Notes: generated by a model not told the origin, from the letters alone. Shown: positions 35,704-48,005, counted from the whole stretch's first letter. The stretch is 63,939 nt of DNA, filler included, from Octopus bimaculoides (GCF_001194135.2; 5 parts of 4 records of this genome joined end to end with filler, not necessarily neighbours in it); one strand, 5' to 3'. Translations and numbers: made by a program.

Positions 35704-37020
35704 TTTTTATATCTTTTACTGGTTTCAAGCTGAGGTCATGCTGGAGCACTTTCAGTATGATTGGGTTTCTTTTCTGTACTTCTTCTGGTGATGAAGCAAG
35801 TTAGATAGAGCTGCTCTTCTTTGTGCCTCCCGCCACAATAAATTTGTTCAGATGCTCTTTGAAGACCTCCACATTTACACCTTGCAAATCTCTGAGGCTG
35901 TTAGGCAGAATGTTGAAGAATAGCTGTGGACCTTTGAAATCCAAGCTATTACAGTACTGGACCCTCATTCTAGGTGGAGAAGACAGGAGCTTTGGTACTA
36001 TGCAGTGCTGTCCAGTTTGGTGGTTGGCATAGCTTCCAATTTCAAAGCTTGGAGCTAGACCTTCCAGGACCCTCCATATGTATATCATTGCATATCTTTC
36101 ATGTTTTCTCTCTCGGGAGTAGAGCTTCAGTTCCATTAGATCTCACAATAGCTCATCTGTTTCACTGAGTCCCACCACCAGTTTGATGCACTGCTGTGAC
36201 CACTGTTAGGAGTAGTAATCCAGATGACTGAGAATGAAACTTCTCCAGCGGAGTAAGCATGGTATTGTTTTTCCTGGTTCTGAATGATCTCAGAATCCAT
36301 CCAGCTACTGGCCTGCACTGTGTTGCCATCTTGGTAATGCACACATGGAATGTTGTGTCATTGCTCATTCCCAGGTGATGCACCAACTGTAACTCTGCGA
36401 TTGCACTACCTCGTGGTCCTGTGTATTCTGATTATAGTCTGTGAGCTGATAATGAAGTATTTGAAACCTCTCAGCATTGAACTCCATGTTATTTTCATCA
36501 GGCTATTTGTATATTGCATTCAAGTCTTTCTGCCATTTTAGTATGTCATCGGGGTCCTTGACTATCTGTGATACTTTTGTATCATCAGCTTAGCTGCTGA
36601 GAGTGGCTGACTGTATGGCTTAGGGTATGTCTGAGAGAGTTACCACAAACAGTAGTGGTTCCAGTACAGTCCCTTGTGGGACTCCACTGAAAATTGATGT
36701 CACCCCAGAGAGAGTACCATTGGCTGTGACCCTCTGACTTCTGTTTTCCAGCAATACCAAGGTGATGCTGTTTGTAACATATCATCTCATGATCAACTTC
36801 ATCAAAAACCTGGGCGTAGTTGAGATATATCACATCAACATTTGAGTGGTTGAACTGCCATAATACTGTAGCAATTGTGTGAAGCAGCTCCTCTCTGGAT
36901 GAAAGCCATGTTGTGTGTTTGTCTGAGCAAGTTATTTTCTTCCAAGAATGTAATCAGCCTCTTCCTGACAATGTGTTCCATGACTTTGCTAACAAGTGAA
37001 GTCAGAGAGTGATAGGCCTA
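35704..37020 (-). mobile_element. 5'-truncated CR1/L2-group LINE (RT, C-terminus, 3' tail)
   Basis: RPIT..TSLVSKVMEHIV..QHGF..SCFTQLL..VIYLNYAQVFDEVDH..GVPQGTVLEPLLF..S*ADDTK..LYSRERKHERYAMIYIWRVLEG..GPQLFFNILP; tail agtgctccagcatgacctcagcttgaaaccagtaaaag. Confidence 0.9.
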
Positions 37021-37217
37021 TAATATATGTGTGTATGTATATATATATATTGATGTACATGTATATATGTTTATGTATGTGTGTGTATATATATATATGT
37101 GTGTGTGTGTGTATATAGATATGTATGTATATATATCTATATATATATATATATATATCATCGTTTAACATCCTCTTTCCATGCTGGCATAGGATACATA
37201 CATAAATTCATATCTAT

Positions 37218-37250
<33 letters not shown>

Positions 37251-37253
<3 letters not shown>

Positions 37254-38803
37254 GGTAGTGAGACATGGGCTCTGAATGCAGAAGACATGCATAGACTGGA
37301 GAGAAATGAAGGTAGTATGCTCTGCTAGTTGGGCAACACCAGTGTGCATGTATGATAAAGTGCAAATGTATTGAGAGAAAAGTTGGGCAAAAGTGGAATC
37401 GAATGTAACATGCAAGAGAGAAGACTACGTTAGTTTGGACATGAGATGCATATGAATGAGGACAGCTGCATAAAGAAGTGCTGATCACTGAAATTGGATG
37501 GTACCCGTGGAAGAGCGAGACCCAGGAAGACATGGGATGAAGTGGTAAGGACTGATCTCAGGATGTTGGGCCTCACAGAGGAAAGGACAATGGACTGATC
37601 TCAGGATGTTGGGCCTCACAGAGGAAATGACAATGGACTGAGATGTCTGGCGATATGAGGTTCTTGAGGAAACCCACCCACATCAGTGAAACTGAGTTCT
37701 AGAAGTACTGTGTCCCACCCACACATAACGAGGAAACTTCTCACACACTACGACAACAAACCAAACTACATCTCTTCCTCACATTTCCACTCCATGCACT
37801 ATGCTTACCTCCTACTCCCCAATCCTGTCCTCTTGGCCCTGTCTCATTGCTATCCATTAGTCCCCAGCTTGTGTGTTGCACCCACACATAACTAGAAAAC
37901 TTTTCACATGTCCTATCCCGACAAACCAATCTACATCTCTTCTCTTCACATTTCCTCCTACATGCAGCTGCCTACCTCTCTCACTCCCCAATCCTGTCCT
38001 CATGGCCCTGTTTGTCTGTATGATTACTATTTGGTAGCCCCATCACTCTATATATACCCAGGTTTTCACCATTCACTTCCTCTCGCCACTTTCTAATCAT
38101 GCTTCTCTGGCAATATCCTGCCACTTATATTATGACCTTTGAACCTCAAGGGCTGGCACTTGTCACCATCTATATCTTTCTCTTCCTTTATTCAACCATC
38201 CCATTTATATTCTGATCCCTGTCTCTTGTAAGTATGTTTGGCACTTTTCCACCATCTCTATCCTGCTGTCTCCCACTCTCTCTCTCCTTCTGCACTTCCC
38301 ACAGGTAGGGTAACCATGTATCTCCTTTGCAGCTGCACATCTGTTTCTGTCTTCATTCCTGATCTCTCATTCTCTCTGGCCAGGTAACCTTGTACCTCCT
38401 CTACAGCAAGGCACCTGTTTCTGTCTCTCTGTTTCATCTGACACTAGACCACCTCCTCCAATGCTCCCTCTCCTCTCAAAAAATTTTTGTCTTGCAAGCT
38501 ACTTGGTGACTCTGTCAGTTCAGGTACCACTTAAAAAGCATCTACTCCACACTGTAAACTGGTTGGCATTTGGAAGAGTATCCAGCTGTAAAAACCTTGT
38601 CAAAACTGACCTTGCCTGTGCTTGTGCCACATAAAATGCACCAAGTTCACTCTGCTGGGTGGTTGGTATTAAGAAGGGCATTCAGCTGTAAAAATCCTGC
38701 CAAAACAGTCACAGAAATCTGGTGCAGGTTTCTGCCTGGCTGGCTCCTGTCAAACTGTTCCACCCATGTCAGCATGGAAGACAGACATTAAATGAAGATG
38801 ATG
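37251..38803 (+). mobile_element. 5'-truncated RTE LINE (ORF2 C-terminus plus long pyrimidine-rich 3' UTR)
   Basis: One frame from 37251 with stops: YGSETWAL..RLERNE..LREKLG..ERRLR*FGHEMHM..GRARPRKTW; ends catgtcagcatggaagacagacattaaatgaagatgatg. Confidence 0.88.
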
Positions 38804-38967
38804 GTTATGATATATATGACTTGTGCATAATTCCTTTACACCTTAAAAGAGTTAAAATGGTATTAGTGTACATGATTGCAAATGTGAATTATAACAGATA
38901 TTAAAAAGCCTGTGAAGCAAATTTGGCTAAAGTAGTTCCTAGAGAATCTTTTTTAGTATAAGCAGAA

Positions 38968-39164
38968 AGCCTGAAATTTTGGGAGTGGGGCATAGTCAAT
39001 TATACTGATCCCTGTACTAAACTGGTACTTATTTTATTGACTTCTGAAAAGGATCAAAGGCAACGCGAACCTTGTCTGAAATTTAATTCAGAATGTAAAG
39101 ATGGACGAAATGCTGTTAAACATTTTGCCTGGCATATTAACAATTCAACAAGCTCACCACCTTA
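38968..39164 (-). mobile_element. SINE B (diverged)
   Basis: Reverse complement of the B body and tail. Confidence 0.75.
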
Positions 39165-39560
39165 AAAAGATAGAGTTCCTAGATAATAAAATGGTAATGA
39201 GGTATATTAGGCTAAAATATTTTAGTGGCATTTATTTTCTTGTCATAGTCAAATTTTAACAAGAGAAAAGAATTGGAAGTACTTTATGTACCTGTTTTGG
39301 TTCCAATTTTTTCCTTGACAAACTAGTTTGAACATGTTTACAAATCACATGACAGTTAATGTACTTAGTAAAACAGAGATGTTAAAATTTGAGTAGATTT
39401 ATCAATTAGACATAGAAGTAAAAAGATGATATCTATCTTAATTTTACATTTTTTTTTTTTGCCTACTAAATTCCATTTAGAAAGTATTGGTTACTCTTGT
39501 ACTATGATAAAAGGTGCTTACACAGTTGGATTGGACATGGAACACTATGACTGCAAAGTA

Positions 39561-39771
39561 AAAGCAGTGAGCTAGCAGAATTGTTAGCACTGTGAGCAAA
39601 ATGCTTAGCCACATTTTGTCCATCTTTTTTACATCCTGAGTTCAAATTCCACCTTTGCCTTTCATCCTTTTGGGGTTGATAAAGTAAGTACCAGTTAAAC
39701 ACTGGGGCCAATCTAATCAACTTACCCCTCCTGCCGAACTTGCTGGCCTTGTGCCAAAATTTGAAACCACT
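39561..39771 (+). mobile_element. SINE B (tail variant gccttgtgccaaaatttgaaacc)
   Basis: aaagcagtgagctagcagaattgttagc..gagttcaaattcc..tttgaaacc. Confidence 0.8.
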
Positions 39772-39799
39772 AAGAATGCAAAGTGAACTTCTTACTCAC

Positions 39800-39872
39800 A
39801 TGGGCATCATACTTAATCCCAAGGTGGTGGAGTACAAAACAATTCTATTTGACTGAGTGTCCATGCTATAAC
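39800..39872 (-). CDS. Candidate internal exon (E6)
   Basis: Donor CAT|gtgagt; acceptor ccaacag (alternative at 39891); open frame GYSMDTQSNRIVLYSTTLGLSMMP. Confidence 0.3.
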
Positions 39873-40524
39873 CTGTTGGATATTTTGATTCCTACACTAA
39901 ATGAATTACAATGGTGAGATGTTTATCTTTATGTCAGCCCAGTAGTAGCATTACAGTTAAGACCAAAGCTGTGGAGTTGGAAGCAATTATTAGGTTACTG
40001 GAGCTGGTATAAACTCTTGATTTAATGTATGTTGTAATATAATGCATTGATTTCCAGTTTGAAAGATACTAGTTTATTTTCTGCACTGAGAATAATCAAA
40101 CTATAGTTACTACTTTCTCCTTGTAGCAAAACAAAGAAGGGAAACCAGCTAACAAAGAAAAGAGTTGATATGATGTTGCTGATGTTATTTGCTACTACTT
40201 TACATTATTGAATATGGAGTGAGACAATTAAATTCCTCTTGGTTCTTGTAATTTTGAGATATCATGGAAAGAATATGCTGGACTGTGTTTGACATGTGAT
40301 GCTAGGTATAGAAAAGTCTATAACCTTCAATATCAAGTGCTACCTACCTATGATATTTACAACTTGCTGAACTGAATTGGTGACAAGGGAAGAATAGATG
40401 CCTTTGACATTTCTTGTCTTAGCTAACTAATACTGAGCAAAGGTAAGCTATAAAAGTTAACCCATCATAGTAGTCAGAGAAACAAAGATACAGAAAGTGT
40501 GAACATTAACAGGGAAATCTTTAC

Positions 40525-40582
40525 CATTATTTCCTGGCTGGTTTTTTCCACGTATGTATATCGCTTCTCTAAAAACCTGTTC
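40525..40582 (-). CDS. Candidate 58-nt internal exon (E5)
   Basis: Strong acceptor ttcttttattctttgtttccttttctccag and donor ATG|gtaaag; two open frames (EQVFREAIYIRGKNQPGNN or NRFLEKRYTYVEKTSQEIM). Confidence 0.45.
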
Positions 40583-40639
40583 CTGGAGAAAAGGAAACAA
40601 AGAATAAAAGAATTAGTTCAGTTGATTATATTATTTTTA

Positions 40640-41690
40640 TTGGAGATATAGTACAAAGAAGAGCACTGGCGTCTGCTGAGATATTTGATAAACAAAATTT
40701 TATTCGTTTTGTGCACACACATGAATGATTGTTACTTCGAACGATAAAACAATTCTGACTTCTAATCTTGTTTGTCCTCTGACTATTCGTCCATCGTCTC
40801 TGTTGGCCAACTCCATTTGTGACTGTCAATGTTCTTTCTATATGGGCAATATTCTAGTGAATCGCGACATTGGGTGATTGTTGAACATTCCCGTTGCATG
40901 ACTCTCCTGCCAATGAAATTTTCAGTCACGGTGAATTGAACGAAATAATAAGAACGAATTTAAAGAAGAACGAGTGGTATGTATTCCAGCCAGTTGCTGT
41001 TGTCATGATAAGCTCTAAGAGCGGGTTTCAGTTGTTGGTGTGCCCGTTCCACCATGTTGTTAGCTGCAGGATGGTAGGCAGTCGTAGGAAACCTTTTTAC
41101 AATCTAAGAGGTGAGTCAATTCTGAGAAGAGATTGAATTCAAACTGATGTCCTGTGTCTGTTGTAATGGTAGCAGGTGTGCCAAAGTATGCAGTCCAATA
41201 TTGAAGAGCTTTAGCTATCATTTCTGCTGTGGTATCATGAAGAGGAACGTCTTCAGGCCATTGAGAAAAATGATCCACACAAGCCAAAAGGTATATGCAA
41301 TTTTGAGACGGTGGCAGTGGGCCGGTTATGTCTATATGCACATGTTGAAAATGTACATTTGGTGTTAAGAAGGTTCCCTGAGGTGATTTGACATGAATTT
41401 TCGCTTTCTGACAAGGGACGCAACTCTTGGTCCAGTCCCTGACATCTTTGTCGATATCAGCACACATAAATCGTGCAGCAATCAACTTCAGGGTGGAATT
41501 TACTCCAGGATGTGATAGTGTAGAGAAAGAAAAAGACAAACAAAGGCATATGTCTATGCTTCTTTGGAACAGGGACGTTCGTGCCCCATAGAAATGTCAC
41601 ACCAAATATAAACAGGAGAAAGTTTGAAAGAGAGAATTTCAAAGTTTGAGAAGTTCATCGGTTTTCTGGCTGGCAGCTAACTTTTGGAGA
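40640..41690 (-). mobile_element. Gypsy LTR retrotransposon (family Y) integrase remnant
   Basis: CDISMGHERP..LSHPGV..DWTKSCVPCQKAK (HHCC zinc finger)..FQHVHIDITGPLPPS..YLLACVDHFSQWPE..FGTPATITTDTGHQFE..NNMVERAHQQLKTAL. Confidence 0.9.
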
Positions 41691-41709
41691 TTGATAGAGG
41701 CAGTAGTGT

Positions 41710-42002
41710 GTAGTTGCGAAGGAGCGTGGTTTAGTGGTCAGGGCATTCCGCTCACGACAATAGGGTCGTGAGTTCAATTCCCGGCGACGCGTTGTGTCTT
41801 TGAGCAAGACACTTTATTTCACGTTGCTCCAGTCCACTCAGCTGACAAAAATGATTAGTACCTGTATTTAAAAAGGGCCAGCCTTGTCACACTGAATCTC
41901 CCTGAGAACTACATCAAGGGTGCATGTGTCTGTGGAGTGCTCAGCCGCTTGCACGTTAATTTCACAAGCAAGCTGTTCCGTTGATTGTATCAGCTGGGAT
42001 CC
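41710..42002 (+). mobile_element. SINE A2 (CORE-like centre), 3' tail missing
   Basis: Matches 61511-61800; 3' half shared with SINE A. Confidence 0.85.
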
Positions 42003-43470
42003 AGACTTCCTCACCTACCTGCACGAAGACAAGCCCTCTCTATTCTGCAAGGCATTCTGATGCTTTACTCAGATGCTGTCATTCATATCTAAATATCACT
42101 CTGTGTAGCATGGACTCTTCAGTCTGTCCTGATTGAGGCGACATATTGTACCAGAATACCGCTTCCATCAGTGAGACGCGGACACTATTCTTAATCCACC
42201 TCTCTACCTCTCATTCAAACTCACTGCTTGCATGTTCTTTCAAGGTAAGCTAGTAGCAGCTCAGCCTGTTCTTCAGTGTCAGAAGCTCCCCTTTCCAGTG
42301 CCACCCTATCATCCACTGCTGATCGTTGAACACCACCTGAAAATCTTTGTCCTCAATAGCGTAAGTAGTACATTCCTCTGTGCAGCTCTGCCCCCTCTTA
42401 TGTTGCAAACTCACAGCGCATGACGTCCCTACACCACCAAATGAAGCCACTGATATTGACACCTCCAAGACGGTTAATCGCATCCATGCCCATCACCACA
42501 TCAATTCCATCTACCACATGTGTTGTGCCCCGCACCACTATCTCCACTTTGCTGCTACTCTTACATCTAATTTCACTGCCATCGACCGCCTGAACACTAC
42601 TTGTCGCCTTTAATTTTTTGTCACTCTTGGGGTCACAAGAGACATCGTACAGCCCATGTCCACAAGGGCTTTGAACGCCTTTCCCCCCAACCAGGACTTC
42701 ATTTACAGGCTGAGACTGCATGAGTGCCTCTACTTGCTTGCAGGTAACTTTAAGAGGTAGTAACTTCCCTGTGGCCTTTTCCTTGACTGTAGTTTTGAGT
42801 GATATGCCCAGTCTGTCTACACCAGTAGCAAACGGGTCCGGGCTTCATCTCCATGCAGTCCCTTGCCATGTGCATTTCCTGGCACTTGCAACACCAGCCC
42901 ATGAATGGTCACTTGCTTCACGGCAGTTTTTTCTCCTCATTCTTTACTGATCATTGCACTACATTGCGAGCTTCCACAGTTGCCATCACCACTGCCTTCC
43001 ACTCAGTGTTTGGTGTCGACACACAGGCTTGAGCGATGAGCTCACTCATTGCCATTTTCTTGCTGCCTGGAAGTTGTTGCAGTTGCACTGGTATGTTGTA
43101 GGAAAAGCCATTTACGAAGGCCAATCTGCTGCCTTCTCTAAACCCTCTTTGGTAAAACCAGATAGCATGGCCAGTCTCTGAATCTCCACGGCATACTCGT
43201 CGACCTGTTCCCCTGTCTATCTGACCACACCTAGCTTAGCAAGCTTACATTCCTTCCATATAGGCTTCCTTCAAGTGCTACTTGATCTTTGCTGTGCTCA
43301 GTTGGTCTTTCTCATGCATTTCCCTCCAGATACTAGGCCATGAGACCTGCTACATCATCGATGTCTTGTAGCCTAGCCACCATCTTGATCTTATGGATCT
43401 AGGCGATCAAATCCCCTTCACTACAGAAATGTCTGACAGCATCGCTGCTGATTCTTATCTTCACTGCCAT
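42001..43470 (-). mobile_element. Gypsy element (family X): gag with two zinc knuckles, protease, and in-frame loss of RT/RNaseH/integrase core
   Basis: ATG at 43470 MAVKIRISSD..KIKMVARLQDIDDVA..YLEG..TGEQVDEYAVEIQRLA..LAFVNGF; knuckles CCKCQEMHMARDC and CYWCRQTGHITQN; protease FKALVDMGC; IEDKDF..W.W; EVERWIKNSV joined to EAVFWYNMSP..GEEVW. Confidence 0.8.
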
Positions 43471-43839
43471 CTCGTAGAAAGGAACAACAACAATGGAAAA
43501 ATATATTTTTATATGGGAGCTGATATAGCTTGTCCAGCAGTATTAAGTCCAAACACATGCCCTACTTATCTCACCTTATGATAGCAGCTGCTACAATCAA
43601 TCCTGGCTCGCTCGCTCATCCACTCATGTCCATTCACCATCACTGTTCCACGCCAAAAGAGGACAACCCTGGTCTTGCTTCCCTCACTTCTTCTCTCACC
43701 ATTTCTGTTCTGGTGGAGCCCCTCACCCGTTGATGTCACAGACCTTTCCTTCTGGTTCATCTCATCTCCACAGAGAAGCTGGAAATGAACAGGGTGGAAA
43801 GCATTTATGAGCACTATTGCTGAATGTTTGGTGGTACCA

Positions 43840-44232
43840 ACATGGGAAAATTCATCTGAGAAGCACCTGGGCTATGTGAGCACTGGGAATCCACACTCTG
43901 CAAATGACCTTTTGCTATGGCATGACTTGACTTGCATCTGTACCAACAGCGCATTTGTCTGTCTATCTCTGTCCACAAGTTGAGCTCAGAGGGCTGCTGC
44001 TTCATAGCTCACAGAAGAATCTAAAGAAGCAGAGAAAGGAGGAGAGGAGGAAAAATAAGAACATGAACAAGAAGATCATGCTGGTTCCTTGGGTGGTGCT
44101 ACACCTGCAACTGTTGGAAGAGGTGTGGATACTTTGGCGATGTTGTCTGCCAGCTCTGCCAAATCCTCTATGCACATTAGCTCTTTTGTAGTGGCAAGGA
44201 AACACAGGATGGTGGCTGGTAACTGCTTCCAA
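43840..44232 (-). mobile_element. Gypsy gag fragment, probably the same family as the 40640-41690 integrase
   Basis: KQLPATILCFLATTKELMCIEDLAELADNI..CWYRCK resembles the QRLP..VLA..L..LAELADRI..CWYH gag of that Gypsy group. Confidence 0.55.
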
Positions 44233-44604
44233 AGGGGCATGCAACGTCAACTATATAGCATATGTGGTGCACCTTCGTCCACCACCACTAGGAACGATCT
44301 GTATGCTCTAACACCTGATTTGTTTGGATTGGGAAATCCCAGAGGAAATTGCTAGTCTGTGACTCTGCCACTCTCTGTGGTTTGTGCTCATACCACGTCC
44401 TGCCTCTCTCTATCCCCCACTTTTCACACAGTTTCCAATGCAGCACTTTCGCTACCTGGTTGTGTCACCACAACTTGTAGTAGTTTTGGGCAAGTTTAGG
44501 GCATTCGTTCGTGATATGGGCGATGGTTTCATACACTCTATTGCAGATGCAGCACAGCGGAGACACTTGCTCATTCCTCAGGTTGACCCTCCAGTTTGTG
44601 GCCA
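44232..44604 (-). mobile_element. R4/Dong-type LINE fragment (CCHC finger plus RLE start) abutting (ATT)n
   Basis: CCICNRVYETIAHITNECPKLAQNYYK..HNQVAKVLHWKLC..WYEHKP..LWDFPIQT..CYIVDVACP; (ATT)n at 44605-44633. Confidence 0.88.
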
Positions 44605-44636
44605 ATTATTATTATTATTATTATTATTATTTTTGT

Positions 44637-44853
44637 TAAAGCAGCAAGCTCGCAGAATCAGTAGCACACTGGGCAAAATGCTTAGTGGCACTTCATCTGT
44701 CCTTACGTTCTGAGTCCAAATGCTGCTGAGGTCAACTTTGCCTTTAATCCTTTTGGAGTTGATAAATTAAGTACCAGTGAAACTCTGGGGCTGATTTAAT
44801 TGACAAGTCCCCTTCCCCAAAATTTCAGGCCTTGTGCCTATAGTAGAAAGGAT
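44637..44853 (+). mobile_element. SINE B (tail variant gccttgtgcctatagtagaaagg)
   Basis: Starts just after (ATT)n with aaagcagcaagctcgcagaatc. Confidence 0.85.
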
Positions 44854-45728
44854 TACAAAGTGAACTTTTTAAACATACAGCCACGCCTGTACTTATGTTA
44901 AATATGCTTGCTTTTCACGTGAACGGTGTCTGTGTTGATTAGGTGAGTTAGTTTTAAAGAATCTGATGAAACAATATGAAAGTTGTGATCTCAAGGGAAA
45001 CTATTTCTACTTTGATTTACATTATAATCAACAATAAATATATCACTCAATGGAAATGATCAATACAAAGTAAAATGCAAATGACCAACTATATACACTG
45101 CATTCTATGCAAATATAAAGTTTATAAGCTTCATGCTAACTTGTTATACAAGTCACACTACCACAAGTATTTCTCACAAAATAACTGCGCTGAGAGTTAG
45201 GTGGAGGCACTACAATGCAATAAAAAAAATATATTGTATCTATCAATAGCAAAAATCTCTAAATATATACCATTGGTTCTTAAGGAGACCCTTAACAATT
45301 TCTAGCTATAGTTTCAATACTTATATCACAATATACTCACTTTGTTGAAAATATAATGTGTGTAATATATGTCAGTTTCATTAACATCAATAAATATTGT
45401 TTTACTTATTATATTCCTTTATACCATCCATCATGATAGAGATGGTCATCTGAGAAATATATTATTTAATTCTAGATTTCAGTTCATTGAGCATAGGAAC
45501 ATAGCCAATTTAATGTTACATGATAAAGTAAAAGTTACAACTGTTGAATATAGCTACTGTTATAACCCAGAAGTATATTGACTTATGAGTAGAATAGCAT
45601 TCTAAAAGTATCTTTGCTCTGGTAAACTGATGCTTATAAGTCTTTTGTCATCATAATACTCATCATTGTCATCACTGTCTTGACTCTGTTCTTAAAACAC
45701 GATATAATGAAGCTTTTATCTAATTATA

Positions 45729-46114
45729 TCTCTTTTATCTTTTACTTGTTTCAGTCATTGGACTGCATCCAAGCTGCGGTACTCCCGTCAAGGTTTTAGT
45801 CAAAGACAATGACACCAGTACTATTTTTTACTAAGTTTCGTACTTATTCTACAGTCTCTTTTTTTGCCCAAATCAGTAAGTGACAGGGATGTAAACAAAC
45901 TGACATCATTTGCCAACTGGTGTGCATATGTGTGTGGGACACACACACACACAACAGGCTTCTTTCAGTTTCTGTCAACCAAATCCACTCAGAAGGCTTT
46001 GGTCACTCAGGTGTTTTAGTAGAAGACAATTGCCCAAGGTTCCATGCAGTGGGACCGAACTCCAAAACCATGTAGCTGGGGAGAAAAATAATTTCTTACT
46101 ACATGGCCATGCCT
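45729..46114 (-). mobile_element. SINE C, full-length diverged copy
   Basis: Reverse complement has the head, gcttctttcagtttc, a short internal (CA)n and the ttttacttgtttcagtcatt tail. Confidence 0.8.
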
Positions 46115-46794
46115 ACTCATGCACCACATAGAAAGATTTTTCAATAAATAATTTACTCAGAGTAGATGATGCACTACCATTTACTTTTTAAGTTCTTCTG
46201 GTCTAACAGTAGAATTAATGTGACTGATATTCCAGCCTGAACATCTGCAGAGATCCTCACAGTATTCTAATTCTTCTAAGAATGGCTCCAATATCTTTTT
46301 GTTATTGGACAGTCATTTCCATTCATTACCTTATTGAGTTCATTTTCTTTGATGAGAATATCAATGTTTCAGATGCATATCTAAACTCTAGTACAACAGT
46401 AGAAAGATTTATCTTCTCATTAGAGATAGTTATAAAATAATTTGATAATGCACAGTAATATTGATATGTAGGTCATTGTGAGAGGCTTCCTGACATTTTA
46501 CTTTATATCAATATATTTCTAAACAGTATACAGTCCAAGAGCAAGAAATGGGAGCTGAAACATTCATGTATTTTCCAGAGGGTATGTGAGAAATAAACAA
46601 TCGAAAATTGAAGTGGGATTGTTAGAATTAGTTCAATCCAGCATATTCAACTATTTTTTTACAACTATTTTGGGTTGTCTACTCTTTAATAGACAATCAA
46701 ATACTTTGAAACTCATTTTTAGCTAATGAGTAGATACAGAGAAATATGCTCAAAACTAATTACAGTCAAGTACTTCTCACTGAGATATAATATA

Positions 46795-47295
46795 ATTACA
46801 TGGAAAAATGTGAGCATGAAAAGTAATATTCTTAAGATTATAAACCTAGAAAAGTACAGGACAAGTTATTACACCTGGAAAAGTATAGGACAAACTATTA
46901 CTTCTAGTAAAGTAAAGAATAAGAAACTTTTTACTTAAAATATTGCAGCAAAGAATGCCAGTTCTTCTAATTTATCCCTTTGCAGTTCTCATCTTTTAAA
47001 TTTATTGTACAAAACTGTTCAGCTAATTTGTAAGTTTGTCTAATTAGTCACTTTTTTCTGTATTTAAGGTAGTAAATTAGCCAAATTCTACTTAAATAAG
47101 TATAGTGTTATTTGTAAACTATAATAAAATAAGTTTTAATATTCAAATTTTAATTTTAGCTGCAATATTTTAAGTAAAAAGTTTCTTATTCTTTACTTGT
47201 CCTATATTTTTACAGTTGTAATAACTTGTCCTGTACTTTTCCAGGTTTATAATTTTAAGAATATGACTTTTCATGCTTGCATTTTTCCATGTAAT
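46795..47295. mobile_element. Foldback/MITE-like inverted repeat (arms of ~155 and ~137 bp, 209-bp spacer)
   Basis: 46795-46949 is complementary to 47159-47295; arms contain ~30-bp subrepeats ggaaaagta(c/t)aggacaa. No TSD seen. Confidence 0.8.
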
Positions 47296-47814
47296 CCATG
47301 ATTTTTCCAGGCATTGCTGTTATAAGATAATGAATAATGTGTCAATTAATAATTTAAGATTTTACCTTATAAAATAATGAAAGATAATATTTCAATTTTT
47401 CCATGTAAGTGATGATAATATTTCAATTTTTTTCGAGTTTAATTTAAATACATGTTGTAATTGAATTATTTGATATTACCCATCTCCACAAAATTAATGG
47501 CAGGGATTTTTACCATGTTATTAGTTGCACCATACCTCACCAAAAGTTACAAACAACAAGACCCCAAAACCATCAGTTACCAGGCTCACCTTAAGTAACT
47601 TAATTCTATAATATTAGGAGGTCACAGAAATTCATTAAACAAAAAAAAAAAAAAAATTTCCAATGATTCCAGGATTTTTTTCCGAATCAAAATAAAGGAT
47701 TTGCAGCATATTAGGAGGTCAGGGTACTTGATTCCATGCAAAAAAATCAAATTTTTTTTTTCTTTTTGTCTTAGTGAAAATCGTGCAAGTGTTAATATAG
47801 AAAATGACCATAAT

Positions 47815-48005
47815 GTTGTTGTTATTTAGCCTCAAATAAACCCTGATACTGCAAGCGTGTCATCAAATACATTCCAGCCTTCAGCAAACCGTCCTTTTAG
47901 GGATAATCTAGGACATTACATACAATGGGCATGTGATTTAGGTAGCGGGATACTTTGGCTGCTACTTTTAGCATGTCAAGCGACTAGGTAGAGGCTCTTT
48001 CATTG
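47815..48005 (+). repeat. Family E, copy 2
   Basis: Loose inverted match to 27935-28150. Confidence 0.45.
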
